Positions 54,145-63,664 of a stretch of 64,000 nt of DNA are shown here, one piece after another. The notes below the pieces were generated by a model. It searched no databases. It had not been told where the DNA came from and saw only the letters and a list, made by a program, of their open reading frames with translations. The DNA is from Streptosporangiaceae bacterium (lineage in GTDB: Bacteria; Actinomycetota; Actinomycetes; Streptosporangiales; Streptosporangiaceae): the NCBI GenBank assembly GCA_036005525.1, contig DASYQM010000003.1:4858-68857 (forward strand), given 5' to 3'. Position 1 is the stretch's first letter; every line of letters starts with the position of its first letter. A program made the position numbers and the translations under genes.

Positions 54145-54753
54145 GTGTTCCGACGACGCCAGCCCACCACGGCGGACTCCCCCACCGAGGACGCCGCCGC
54201 CGCGCCCGGTGCCGACGCGGCCGCGGTCCGCCCTGGGACCACGGCTAGCAAAGGCAGGCCTACACCCAAGCGCAGCGAATCCGAGCGGCGCCGCCGCCCC
54301 TTCAACGCCCCCGGCGACAGGAAAGAGGCGAACCGCCAGTACCGGGATCGCCAGCGCCAGGAACGCACCCGCCGGATGCAGGGCGTGCAGCGGGGCGAGC
54401 AGTGGGCACTCCCCCCCAGGGACCGGGGCCCGGTCAAGGCGCTCGCCCGCGACTATGTCGACTCGCGGCGCCGGCTGAGCGAGTTCTACATGTACGGCCT
54501 GCTGGTCCTGCTGGCGCTGCTGTTCGTACGGAACGCGCTGGTGCAGAGCATCGTCCCCCTGCTCGTCCTGATCGCAGTCATGATCATGCTGGTGGAGGGG
54601 ATCTTCATCGGCCGCCGGGTGCGCACCCTCGCCGAGGAGCGCCTGCCCGGGGAGAGCACGCGTGGCGTGCGGCTCTACGCCGCCATGCGGGCGTTGCAGA
54701 TCCGGCGGCTGCGGATGCCCAAGCCTCGGATCAAGCCCGGCGAGAGTTTTTAG
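54145..54753 (+). CDS. DUF3043-domain membrane protein
   Basis: Basic N-terminus (GRPTPKRSESERRRRPF...) followed by two TM helices (FYMYGLLVLLALLF..., LVLIAVMIMLVEGIFI). The synteny matches Rv2206. Confidence 0.85.
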   Translation: MFRRRQPTTADSPTEDAAAAPGADAAAVRPGTTASKGRPTPKRSESERRRRPFNAPGDRKEANRQYRDRQRQERTRRMQGVQRGEQWALPPRDRGPVKALARDYVDSRRRLSEFYMYGLLVLLALLFVRNALVQSIVPLLVLIAVMIMLVEGIFIGRRVRTLAEERLPGESTRGVRLYAAMRALQIRRLRMPKPRIKPGESF

Positions 54754-55752
54754 ATGGAGCACCGGCATCTGGGCCGTAGCGGCCTGAGCATCAGCGAGAT
54801 CGCCTACGGCAACTGGGTCACGCACGGGTCGCAGGTCGCCGAGGACGCCGCGCGCGCGTGCGTCGAGGCGGCGCTCGACGAGGGCATCACCACCTTCGAC
54901 ACCGCCGATGTCTACGCGGGGACCCGGGCCGAAGAGGTGCTCGGCCGCGCGCTGCGCGGGGTGCGGCGCGAGTCGGTCGAGATTTTCACGAAGGTGTACT
55001 GGCCGACGGGTCCCGGGCCCAATGACCGCGGCCTGTCGCGTAAGCACATCATGGAATCGGCTCACGCCTCGCTGCGCCGGCTCCAGACCGACTACCTGGA
55101 TATGTACCAGGCCCACCGGTACGACCACGCGACCCCGCTGGAGGAGACACTGCGCGCCTTCGACGACCTGGTCCGCCAGGGGAAGGTGCTCTACGTCGGG
55201 GTCTCCGAGTGGCGCGCCGAACAGATCGAGGCGACGCTGCGGATCGCCGGGGAGGCGGGGTTCGACCGCATCATCTCCAACCAGCCGCAGTACAACATGA
55301 TCTGGCGGGTCATCGAGTCCGAGGTCATCCCGTTGTGCGAGAAGGAGGGGATCGGCCAGATCGTGTGGTCGCCGATCGCGCAGGGTGTGCTCACCGGCAA
55401 GTACCAGCCGGGCGACGCGCCCCCCTCCGGGTCCCGCGCGACCGACCCGAGCGGGTCCTCGTTCATCCAGCACTACCTCACCGACGACCTCCTCGGCCGG
55501 GTGCAGCAGCTCAAGCCGGTCGCCGACCAGGTAGGCCTGAGCCTGGCTCAGCTGGCGATCGCGTGGGTCCTGCAGAACCCGAACGTGGCCGCCGCGATCA
55601 TCGGCGCGACCCGCCCGGAGCAGGTGCGGGAGAACGTGCGGGCCTCGGGGGTCCGGCTCGACGGCGAGCTGATGAGCAGGATCGACGAGATACTCGGCCC
55701 TGTGATCGAGCGGGACCCGGCCCGCACCGACAGCCCCGCCCGCCGCCCCTGA
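54754..55752 (+). CDS. aldo/keto reductase
   Basis: MEHRHLGRSGLSISEIAYGNW...GITTFDTADVYA...SRKHIMES...LQTDYLDMYQAHR...NQPQYNM...SPIAQGVLTGKY. Confidence 0.92.
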   Translation: MEHRHLGRSGLSISEIAYGNWVTHGSQVAEDAARACVEAALDEGITTFDTADVYAGTRAEEVLGRALRGVRRESVEIFTKVYWPTGPGPNDRGLSRKHIMESAHASLRRLQTDYLDMYQAHRYDHATPLEETLRAFDDLVRQGKVLYVGVSEWRAEQIEATLRIAGEAGFDRIISNQPQYNMIWRVIESEVIPLCEKEGIGQIVWSPIAQGVLTGKYQPGDAPPSGSRATDPSGSSFIQHYLTDDLLGRVQQLKPVADQVGLSLAQLAIAWVLQNPNVAAAIIGATRPEQVRENVRASGVRLDGELMSRIDEILGPVIERDPARTDSPARRP

Positions 55753-55815
55753 CCGCCGTCCCTTGCGCACGGCGCCGCTCGGCGGTGCGCTGGCGTGGGC
55801 CGCCTAGGGCATCCC

Positions 55816-56025
55816 CTAGTCCTCGGGGTGCAGGCTCATCGGGCCGTACTCGGCCCGGCCCTCTTCCAGCAGCGTCACCTGATCAACGCCCGCTTCCAGC
55901 AGCTTGCGCCAGCTCTCACCGAGCCAGGTCTCCGCGTCGCTCTGGCTGCTGAAGGTCTCCTTCGGCAGATCCCGTGCCGTGGCCAGCGTCCCGTCCATTT
56001 TCTCGAACCGCCACGTCCACGCCAT
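55816..56025 (-). CDS. small conserved hypothetical protein (69 aa)
   Basis: ATG 56025 follows ggaggagg: MAWTWRFEKMDGTLATARDLPKETFSSQSDAETWLGESWRKLLEAGVDQVTLLEEGRAEYGPMSLHPED. The composition is coding-like. The track ORF extends to 56130. Confidence 0.65.
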   Translation of the reverse strand: MAWTWRFEKMDGTLATARDLPKETFSSQSDAETWLGESWRKLLEAGVDQVTLLEEGRAEYGPMSLHPED

Positions 56026-56314
56026 GTCCCGGCGACCTCCTCCGTACTCCGAGCGACCTCCCGTGCTCCCAGCGACCCTACGGTATTCCGGTGATCTCCA
56101 GGCTCGCACGTCCCGGCCGTGGGCGCCCACCCCGCTAACCCGGGCACCGTCATTATCAGTGCGGGCACGAATGGCGCGAAGCCTGCCGATCAGGGATTCA
56201 ATGTGGAACGCCCCGAGTCGGGCTCATCCACCGTGTTAGGTTTTAATCCGCCAGCCCTGCGCCCGCGGGAGGGCCGCGTCACCGGCCTTCGTTCAGTGAT
56301 CAAGGTGGTGAAAC

Positions 56315-57202
56315 ATGACGCGCGTTGTCGTCGTTGGCGACCTGATGACCGATACGGTCGCCCACGCTGCGCTTCCCCTCGCCAAGGGCAGCGACACTCC
56401 CGCCACCGTCACCATGCATGGCGGCGGTTCAGGTGCCAACATCGCCGCGTGGCTGGCCGTGGATGGTGCCGAGGTGGCCTTCGTCGGGCGGCGTGGTGCC
56501 GACATCGCCGGGCGCAACAGGGACATGGAACTAATGGGCTACGGGGTGGACGCACGGCTGGTGATGGACCCCGAACGGCCAACGGGCATGTGCGTTGTGA
56601 TGATCACCCACAAGGGGGATCAGACCATGCTCTCCGACCCCGGCGCCAACGCCGTCCTGTCGCCCGATGACCTGCCCAAGGACCTGTTCACACGCGGATG
56701 TCACCTGCACATTTCCGGCTACACGCTGCTGAACGAGGGCTCCAGGTCGGCCGCCGTGACCGCGATGGAGCGGGCACTCGAGGCGGAGATGAGCGTCTCG
56801 GTCGACGGTGCCTCGGCCGCCCCGCTCGAGCGGCTCGGCGCCGAGCCGTTCCTGGACATGTCCGGCGGTGCCACCATGCTGTTCGTGAACAGCGCACAGG
56901 CGGCCGTGCTCACCGGGCGGGACGATCCGATGCAGGCGATCCGGGTGCTGACCGCCTGGTACCCGCAGGTGGTGGTGAAGCTTGGGCCGGACGGCGCCGT
57001 GTTCGCCAACGGGCGGGACCCGGTCCGGGTTCCCGCGCAGCCGGTCGAGAAGTTCGTGGACGGCACGGGCGCCGGGGACGCGTTTTGTGCCGGTTTCCTT
57101 CCTCCCTGGCTGGGCAAGAAGCCGCCGATGGAAGCACTGGCAAGCGGCTGCCGGCTGGCGGCGCGCGCGCTGGCGCTGGTCGGCGCCCGCCCCGTGCTCT
57201 GA
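56315..57202 (+). CDS. PfkB-family sugar kinase (ribokinase-like)
   Basis: VVVVGDLMTD...GGSGANIAAWLA...VDGTGAGDAFCAGFL. Confidence 0.88.
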   Translation: MTRVVVVGDLMTDTVAHAALPLAKGSDTPATVTMHGGGSGANIAAWLAVDGAEVAFVGRRGADIAGRNRDMELMGYGVDARLVMDPERPTGMCVVMITHKGDQTMLSDPGANAVLSPDDLPKDLFTRGCHLHISGYTLLNEGSRSAAVTAMERALEAEMSVSVDGASAAPLERLGAEPFLDMSGGATMLFVNSAQAAVLTGRDDPMQAIRVLTAWYPQVVVKLGPDGAVFANGRDPVRVPAQPVEKFVDGTGAGDAFCAGFLPPWLGKKPPMEALASGCRLAARALALVGARPVL

Positions 57203-57247
57203 CCTCCGCGGGCCCCGCAGGCCGCGCTGCCCTGCGATCCCCGTGGT

Positions 57248-57302
57248 TCATGATCACGGACGATCGCGTGCGAATAGCACCTAAAAGTGTCCGTGATCAT
57301 GA
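57248..57302. repeat. hairpin repeat, stem TCATGATCACGG / CCGTGATCATGA (copy B)
   Basis: 12-bp perfect arms at 57248-57259 and 57291-57302 with a 31-nt lower-GC loop. It lies between the PfkB kinase stop (57202) and the SDR start (GTG 57312). Confidence 0.8.
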
Positions 57303-57311
57303 GGATGAGCC

Positions 57312-58085
57312 GTGACCGGGTTCCTTGACGGGCTGTTCTCGCTGGAGGGCCGGGTGGCCCTGGTGACCGGGGGCAGTTCGGGCATCGGCCGGGCAATGGC
57401 CGGCGCGCTGGGCCGGGCGGGCGCGCAGGTGGTCGTGCTGGCGCGCGGCGAGGCGGCGCTCGCGGGCACCGTCGCGTGGCTGCGGGCCGACGGCTCCGAC
57501 GCCGCATCTGTCAGCGCCGATCTCGCCGACCGGACCAGCGTGGAGCGGGCCGAGGCCGCGGCCGCCAGCCCCTTCGGCGAGCCCGACATCGTGGTGAACG
57601 CGGCCGGCCTCAACATCCGCCCGCCGCTGGCCGAACTGACGGCCGACGACTGGGACCGGCTGATGGCCGTCAACCTCACCGCCCCATTCCTGCTGGGCCA
57701 GCGCTTCGGGCCCGCGATGGCCGGCCGCGGCTGGGGACGGATCATCAACGTCGCCTCCCAGCAGGCGGTCCGCGCGTTCGGCAACAGCGGCGGCTACGGC
57801 GCCGCCAAAGGCGGCCTGGTCTCACTCACCCGCTCCCAGTCCGAGGCCTGGGCCCCCCACGGCGTGCGCTGCAACGCCATCGCCCCCGGCTTCGTCGCCA
57901 CCCCCCTCACCGCCGACGTGGCCAGCGACCCAATCCGTTCGGCTGCGCTCGCCGCCCGGACCATGATCGGCCGCAACGGCGAGGCCGCCGACTTCGAGGG
58001 CATCGCAGTCTTCCTCGCCAGCCGCGCCAGCGACTACATAACCGGCCAGCTCATCTACGTAGACGGCGGCTTCTCCGCCACCTGA
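57312..58085 (+). CDS. SDR-family oxidoreductase
   Basis: ALVTGGSSGIGRA (TGxxxGxG), NAAG and YGAAKGG (YxxxK). Confidence 0.9.
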   Translation: MTGFLDGLFSLEGRVALVTGGSSGIGRAMAGALGRAGAQVVVLARGEAALAGTVAWLRADGSDAASVSADLADRTSVERAEAAAASPFGEPDIVVNAAGLNIRPPLAELTADDWDRLMAVNLTAPFLLGQRFGPAMAGRGWGRIINVASQQAVRAFGNSGGYGAAKGGLVSLTRSQSEAWAPHGVRCNAIAPGFVATPLTADVASDPIRSAALAARTMIGRNGEAADFEGIAVFLASRASDYITGQLIYVDGGFSAT

Positions 58086-58136
58086 GCCCCCGCCACGCGG
58101 CTTCGTTAGGCATGGTTGACGGTTGCAGGCGGCACA

Positions 58137-60692
58137 ATGGCGGACATGGCCAGACGTACCACGACAACCCCGCCCCCAGAGGATTTCGAAGAACACATCC
58201 TCGACATCGACGTCGCCGAGGAGATGCGGGGCAGCTACCTCGAATATGCCTACTCGGTCATCTACCAGCGCGCGCTGCCGGACGCCAGGGACGGCCTGAA
58301 GCCGGTGCAGCGCCGGATCCTCTACCAGATGGGCGAAATGGGGCTGCGCCCCGACCGCGGCCACGTCAAGTGCGCCCGCGTGGTCGGCGAGGTCATGGGG
58401 CGGCTGCACCCGCACGGCGACAGCGCCATCTACGACGCGCTGGTCCGGATGGCGCAGCCGTTCTCGATGCGCCTGCCGCTGGTGGACGGGCACGGGAACT
58501 TCGGCTCGCTTGGCGGCGACGACGCACCGGCCGCGATGCGGTATACCGAGGCCAGGCTGACCGCGGCGGCGCTGGAGATGGTCGGCTCGATCGACGAGGA
58601 CACCGTTGACTTCCAGCCGAACTACGACGGCACCGAGACCCAGCCCGAGGTGCTCCCGGCGGGGCTGCCCAACCTGCTCGTCAACGGCGCCTCCGGGATC
58701 GCCGTCGGCATGGCCACCAACATGGCCCCGCACAACCTCGGCGAGGTGATCGCCGCGGCCCGGCACCTGATCGCCAGCCCGGAGGCGGGCCTGGACGAGC
58801 TCATGCGGTTCGTGCCGGGCCCGGACCTGCCGACCGGCGGCAAGATCGTCGGCCTGGATGGGGTCAGGGAGGCGTACGAGACCGGGCGTGGTACGTTCCG
58901 CACCCGGGCCACGGCCAGGGTCGAGAAGATCACCCCACGGCGGACCGGGATCGTGGTCACCGAGCTTCCGTACGGCGTCGGCCCGGAGAAGGTGATCGCC
59001 CGGATCAAGGATCTGGTGCAGGCCAAGAAGCTGGCCGGGATCTCCGACCTGAAGGACCTCACCGACCGGCAGCGTGGCCTGCACCTGGTGATCGAGATCC
59101 GCAGCGGCTTCCACCCCGATGCGGTGCTGGAAGAGCTGTACCGGCTGACGCCGATGGAAGAGACGTTCGGCATCAACAACGTCGCGCTCGTGGACGGCCA
59201 GCCGAAGGTGCTCGGCCTGCGCGATCTGCTGCAGATCTACGTCGACCACCGCGTCGAGGTCGTGCGCAGGCGCAGCGAGTACCGGCGCCGCAGGCGCGCC
59301 GACCGGCTCCACCTGGTCGACGGCCTGGTGATCGCGCTGCTCAACATCGACGAGGTCATCGAGGTCATCAGGACCAGCGAGGACGCCGCAGCGGCCAAGG
59401 AACGGCTGATGTCGGTGTTCGACCTGTCCGCCGTCCAGGCGCAGTACATCCTGGACACGCCGTTGCGCAGGCTGACCCGCTACGACCGGCTGGAGCTGGA
59501 GCGGGAGCGGGACACGCTGCAGGCTGAGATCGCCGAGCTGACAGCGATCCTGGAGTCGGAGGACAGGCTTCGCGAGGTGGTCTCCGGGGAGCTCGCCAGC
59601 GTCGCCAAACGGTTCGCTGACCCGCGCCGCACCGTCCTGCTCGAGGGCACGGGTGCGGCCAGGACGGCCGCCGTCCCGCTCGAGGTCGCGGACGACCCGT
59701 GCCTGGTCCTGCTCTCGTCCGCCGGGCTGGTCGCCAGGACCGCGACCACAGCCCAAGATGCCGAACGTGAGGACCGGGGCGGGCCGAGTGGGGCTGCCCC
59801 GGGCCCCCGGGCGGCCCATGACGCGATCACCGCGGCGGTGCAGGCGACGGCGCGCGGCAGCGTGGCCGTGGTGACCTCGCTGGGCAGGATGGTCAGACTC
59901 GGCGTCCTGGAGATCCCCGCGCTGCCGCCAAGCGCCCACTCCCCCGGCCTGTCCGGCGGGGCGCCCATCAGCGAGTTCGTGGTGCTCGAGCCCGGTGAGA
60001 GGGTGGTGGGTCTCGCCGCGGCCGACGCCGCAAGCGCCGGGCTCGCGCTGGGCACGGCGGCCGGGATCGTCAAGCGGGTCGCGCCGGACTACCCGGGCAG
60101 CTCCAGCGAGTTCGACGTGATCGCGCTGAAGGATTCCGACCGGGTGGTCGGTGCGGTGCAGCTGACCAGCGAGGACCAGGACCTGGTGTTCATCACCAGC
60201 GACGGCCAGCTGCTGCGGTTCGCCGCCCGGACCGTGCGGCCACAGGGCCGGGCCGCGGGCGGGATGGCGGGCATCCGGCTGTCACCGCGCGCATCGGTGC
60301 TCTGGTTCGGCGCCGTGACCCCGGCCGGCGCCGCGCGGGCGGCCGGGGGCAAGGGGGGGTTGCCCGGCGGCGACCCGGCGGCGGGGCCGGTCGTGGCGAC
60401 CGTGGCCGGCACGACCGGCGCCCTGCCGGGCACCGGGGGTGTTACCGCGAAAGTGACTCCCTACCGGGAGTACCCGGCGAAGGGCCGGGCGACCGGGGGG
60501 GTGCGCTGTCACCGGTTCCTCAAGGGTGAAGACGCCCTGGTGCTGGCGTGGGCGGGCCCGGCACCTGCTCGCGGGGCGACGGACGCCGGGGTGCCGGTGG
60601 ACCTGCCGCCGGCCGACCCGCGCCGGGACGGGTCCGGGGTCCGGGTGCGGCAGCCGCTGGCCGCGCTCGGCGGGCTGGCGCCGCCATCCTGA
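58137..60692 (+). CDS. type IIA DNA topoisomerase subunit A (ParC/GyrA family; probable topoisomerase IV subunit A)
   Basis: [30 protein letters not shown]...[17 protein letters not shown]...[10 protein letters not shown] (catalytic Tyr) plus a C-terminal beta-pinwheel region. ATG 58137; the track ORF starts at 58116. Confidence 0.92.
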   Translation: MADMARRTTTTPPPEDFEEHILDIDVAEEMRGSYLEYAYSVIYQRALPDARDGLKPVQRRILYQMGEMGLRPDRGHVKCARVVGEVMGRLHPHGDSAIYDALVRMAQPFSMRLPLVDGHGNFGSLGGDDAPAAMRYTEARLTAAALEMVGSIDEDTVDFQPNYDGTETQPEVLPAGLPNLLVNGASGIAVGMATNMAPHNLGEVIAAARHLIASPEAGLDELMRFVPGPDLPTGGKIVGLDGVREAYETGRGTFRTRATARVEKITPRRTGIVVTELPYGVGPEKVIARIKDLVQAKKLAGISDLKDLTDRQRGLHLVIEIRSGFHPDAVLEELYRLTPMEETFGINNVALVDGQPKVLGLRDLLQIYVDHRVEVVRRRSEYRRRRRADRLHLVDGLVIALLNIDEVIEVIRTSEDAAAAKERLMSVFDLSAVQAQYILDTPLRRLTRYDRLELERERDTLQAEIAELTAILESEDRLREVVSGELASVAKRFADPRRTVLLEGTGAARTAAVPLEVADDPCLVLLSSAGLVARTATTAQDAEREDRGGPSGAAPGPRAAHDAITAAVQATARGSVAVVTSLGRMVRLGVLEIPALPPSAHSPGLSGGAPISEFVVLEPGERVVGLAAADAASAGLALGTAAGIVKRVAPDYPGSSSEFDVIALKDSDRVVGAVQLTSEDQDLVFITSDGQLLRFAARTVRPQGRAAGGMAGIRLSPRASVLWFGAVTPAGAARAAGGKGGLPGGDPAAGPVVATVAGTTGALPGTGGVTAKVTPYREYPAKGRATGGVRCHRFLKGEDALVLAWAGPAPARGATDAGVPVDLPPADPRRDGSGVRVRQPLAALGGLAPPS

Positions 60693-60716
60693 CGCGCCTG
60701 TGCCCCATCCGGCCGC

Positions 60717-60767
60717 CGTGATCATGGGATTACTACTGCTAGAACGATAGTGATGTCATGATCACGA
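60717..60767. repeat. hairpin repeat, stem CGTGATCATG / CATGATCACG (copy C)
   Basis: Arms at 60717-60726 and 60758-60767. The 31-nt loop (ggattactactgctagaacgatagtgatgt) is AT-rich. It is centred between the convergent topoisomerase subunit genes. Confidence 0.8.
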
Positions 60768-60803
60768 ACGGCGCCGGGGCCATCCCGGAACCCCGGACAG
60801 CCC

Positions 60804-63014
60804 TCAGGTGTCGATGCGCGATGGATCGAGCTCGGACGCCCCGCCGACGATGAAGTCGCGCCGCGGTGCCACCTCGCTGCCCATGAGCAGATCGAACATG
60901 GCGGTGGCGGCGGCGGTGTCCTCGACCCTGATCCGGCGCAGCGTCCGGTGACGGGGGTCCATGGTGGTCTCCGCGAGCTGGCCCGCATCCATCTCACCCA
61001 GCCCCTTGTACCGCTGCACGGGCTCCTTCCAGCGCTGGCCCTTGCGTTCGAGTTCCAGCAGCGTGCGCCGCAGTTCGCCGTCGGAGTAGGTGTAGCGGTA
61101 CTTCTGCTGGCCCTTGCGCGGGCTGGACAGCTCGATGCGGTGCAGCGGCGGGACAGCGGCGAACACCCGGCCCGCATCCAGCATGGGGCGCAGGTACCGG
61201 TGGAACAGGGTCAGCAACAGGCACCTGATGTGCGCGCCGTCCACGTCCGCGTCGGACATGAATATGACCCGCTGGTACCGGGCCGCGTCCAGGTCGAAGG
61301 AGGCGCCCGAGCCGGCCCCGATCACCTGGATGATCGCGGCGCACTCGGCGTTTTTGAGCATGTCGGCGACCGATGCCTTCTGCACGTTGAGGATCTTGCC
61401 GCGGAGGGGCAGCAGCGCCTGGAACTCCGAGTCGCGCGCCAGCTTGGCGGTGCCGAGCGCGGAGTCACCTTCGACGATGAACAGCTCGCTGCGGTCGTCC
61501 GCGCTGCGGCAGTCCACCAGCTTGGCCGGGAGCGCCGACGTGGCCAGCGCGTTCTTGCGGCGCTGGTTGTCGCGGTGCTCGCGGGCCGCGATCCTGGCCC
61601 GCGTCGCGGAGGCCACCTTTTCCAGCAGCGCGCGCGCCTGCTGCTTGCTGGCCCGGCTGCGCGACTCGAAGAACGCACGCAACTCGGCGGCCACCACCTG
61701 GGCGACGATCCGTGATGCGGCCGGAGTGCCGAGCACCTCCTTGGTCTGGCCTTCGAATTGGGGCTCCGGCACCCGGACCGCGATCACGGCGGTGAGTCCC
61801 TCGGCCACGTCGTCCTTGACCGGCGGCTCGTCGCCGTTCCGCAGCAACCGGGCCGCGCGCAGCTGCTCGTTCAGCGTCCGCACCAGTGCCCGCTCGAAGC
61901 CCGTCACGTGGGTCCCGCCCTTGGGGGTGGCGATCACGTTGACGAACGAACGGGTCACCGTGTCGTATCCGGCATCCCAGCGCAGCGCCACGTCGACGGT
62001 CAGCTCGCGCTCCACGTCCGCCGGCGTCATGTGCCCCTGCTCGTCGAGCAGCGGGACCGTCTCGGTGAACCGCCCCGAACCCCCGAGCCGGATCACGCCG
62101 GTGACCGGTTCTCCGGGCGAGAGATGCGCGCAGAACTCGCTGATCCCCCCGTCGAACCTGAACTCCTCCTCGCGCTCCGCGCCCTCCGGGACGGGCTCGT
62201 CGGGCGCGGCTGACAGCCCCTCGGCGGGGACCTCGGCGAGTGTCAGGCCGGCGCCCGCGAGCGCTGCGGGGATGTCGTCACCAGGAGGCCGCTCGTCCCG
62301 GATCCGGATGGCGAGGCCGGGTACCAGGTAGGCGGTCTGCCGGGCCCGCTGCCTCAGCGCGTCAAAGCTCCACCGGGAGTCGCGCACGAACACCTGCGGA
62401 TCGGGCCAGAACCTGATCCGCGTGCCGGTCACCTTCTTGGCCACCCGGCGCACCTTCCGCAGGCCAGGGCGGGCGGTGAAGGATGCCTTCGGCCCCGGCC
62501 CGGCGAACTCCCCCGGCACTCCCCGGCGGAAGCTGGCCGCCCATTCGTGTCCCTCGCGGTCGACGCTCACGTCCATCCGCACCGCCAGGGCGTTGACCAC
62601 CGAGGCCCCGACCCCATGCAGGCCGCCCGAGGCGGTGTACGAGCCGCCGCCGAACTTGCCGCCGGCGTGTAGCCGGGTCATCACCAGCTCGATGCCGGTG
62701 AGCTTGGTCTTCGGCTCCACGTCGACGGGGATGCCGCGGCCGTTGTCCCGCACTTCCGCCGACCCGTCGGTGTGCAGGACCACCTCGATGACCGTGCCGT
62801 GGCCAGCCAGCGCCTCATCCACCGCGTTGTCGAAGATCTCCCACAGGCAGTGCATGAGGCCACGGCTGTCGGTCGAGCCGATGTACATGCCGGGGCGCTT
62901 GCGGACCGCCTCCAGGCCTTCCAGCACCGATAGGTGACGCGCCATGTAGGCGTCGGTGGCGTGCGCCACGGCAGGGACCGACGGCCCGATGGGGGCGGCG
63001 GGTTCGGCGGTCAC
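60804..63014 (-). CDS. type IIA DNA topoisomerase subunit B (ParE/GyrB family; probable topoisomerase IV subunit B)
   Basis: GLEAVRKRPGMYIGST...LHCLWEIFDNAVDE...GGLHGVG... (GHKL ATPase), the Toprim region ELFIVEGDSALG and ...IMSDADVDGAHI. Confidence 0.93.
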   Translation of the reverse strand: MTAEPAAPIGPSVPAVAHATDAYMARHLSVLEGLEAVRKRPGMYIGSTDSRGLMHCLWEIFDNAVDEALAGHGTVIEVVLHTDGSAEVRDNGRGIPVDVEPKTKLTGIELVMTRLHAGGKFGGGSYTASGGLHGVGASVVNALAVRMDVSVDREGHEWAASFRRGVPGEFAGPGPKASFTARPGLRKVRRVAKKVTGTRIRFWPDPQVFVRDSRWSFDALRQRARQTAYLVPGLAIRIRDERPPGDDIPAALAGAGLTLAEVPAEGLSAAPDEPVPEGAEREEEFRFDGGISEFCAHLSPGEPVTGVIRLGGSGRFTETVPLLDEQGHMTPADVERELTVDVALRWDAGYDTVTRSFVNVIATPKGGTHVTGFERALVRTLNEQLRAARLLRNGDEPPVKDDVAEGLTAVIAVRVPEPQFEGQTKEVLGTPAASRIVAQVVAAELRAFFESRSRASKQQARALLEKVASATRARIAAREHRDNQRRKNALATSALPAKLVDCRSADDRSELFIVEGDSALGTAKLARDSEFQALLPLRGKILNVQKASVADMLKNAECAAIIQVIGAGSGASFDLDAARYQRVIFMSDADVDGAHIRCLLLTLFHRYLRPMLDAGRVFAAVPPLHRIELSSPRKGQQKYRYTYSDGELRRTLLELERKGQRWKEPVQRYKGLGEMDAGQLAETTMDPRHRTLRRIRVEDTAAATAMFDLLMGSEVAPRRDFIVGGASELDPSRIDT

Positions 63015-63310
63015 GGGTTTCTCCTCGAAGGTGGCGGCCGGGATCTCACCGGCATGAACGGCAGACTACCGGCCCCCCTCTGACAGCACGCGGAGCCACG
63101 CCGGACCTGCCCCTCACCTGGGACAATGCACACAAGATACCTGTGATCAGCGGTGCGGGCGGCCACCGGGAAGATGATCGTTCGCTCTCGGCGTATGTCG
63201 CCGCGGCATGGGAACGTGAGGATCTGCCCGGGTGTTGGGTAGCGATAGAAGGACAACGAAAGAGGCTCGCCCGCCGGATTCCGCCGGCGGCACGACATGA
63301 GGGAGGCGAC

Positions 63311-63514
63311 ATGACCGGTGCTATGGCCCCCAGCCAGCCGCTAAGCGCCATGGACCTGTGCGACCGCTGCGGTGCCCAGGCATACGTGCGTGTCGTGCTC
63401 CCCGGTTCCGGCGAACTGCTCTTCTGCGCCCACCACAGCCGCCAGCACGCCGAAGCGCTCGCCAAGATCGCCGCCGAGATCCAGGACGAGACGCAGCGGC
63501 TCTCGGAGAACTGA
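63311..63514 (+). CDS. DUF7455-like small zinc-ribbon protein
   Basis: ATG 63311 follows gagggagg: MTGAMAPSQPLSAMDLCDRCGAQAYVRVVLPGSGELLFCAHHSRQHAEALAKIAAEIQDETQRL. Confidence 0.8.
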   Translation: MTGAMAPSQPLSAMDLCDRCGAQAYVRVVLPGSGELLFCAHHSRQHAEALAKIAAEIQDETQRLSEN

Positions 63515-63664
63515 CGGGGTTATCCCGCGCCGGCCCTGCCGGACCGGCCCAGCTGCCCGGGAAGTGCCAGCGCCGGGTGCGCGTCCTGTTCTGAGACAGG
63601 CTCAGCGGTAAATTCGCCTCGTTCTTGGACGCCCGGGAGCCGAGATCCATGATTGTCTTGAGTG

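Noticed and set aside
53920-55770. 616-aa minus-strand ORF
   Set aside because: It spans the antisense of the DUF3043 and aldo/keto reductase genes and an intergenic region. The plus-strand genes have clear family signatures.
57822-59939. 705-aa minus-strand ORF
   Set aside because: It is the antisense shadow of the SDR gene and the topoisomerase A-subunit gene, with no recognisable motifs.
63011-63298. 95-aa minus-strand ORF upstream of the topoisomerase B gene
   Set aside because: It lies in a lower-GC promoter-like spacer. The composition is not protein-like and it overlaps the end of the parE-like start region by 4 nt without an RBS.
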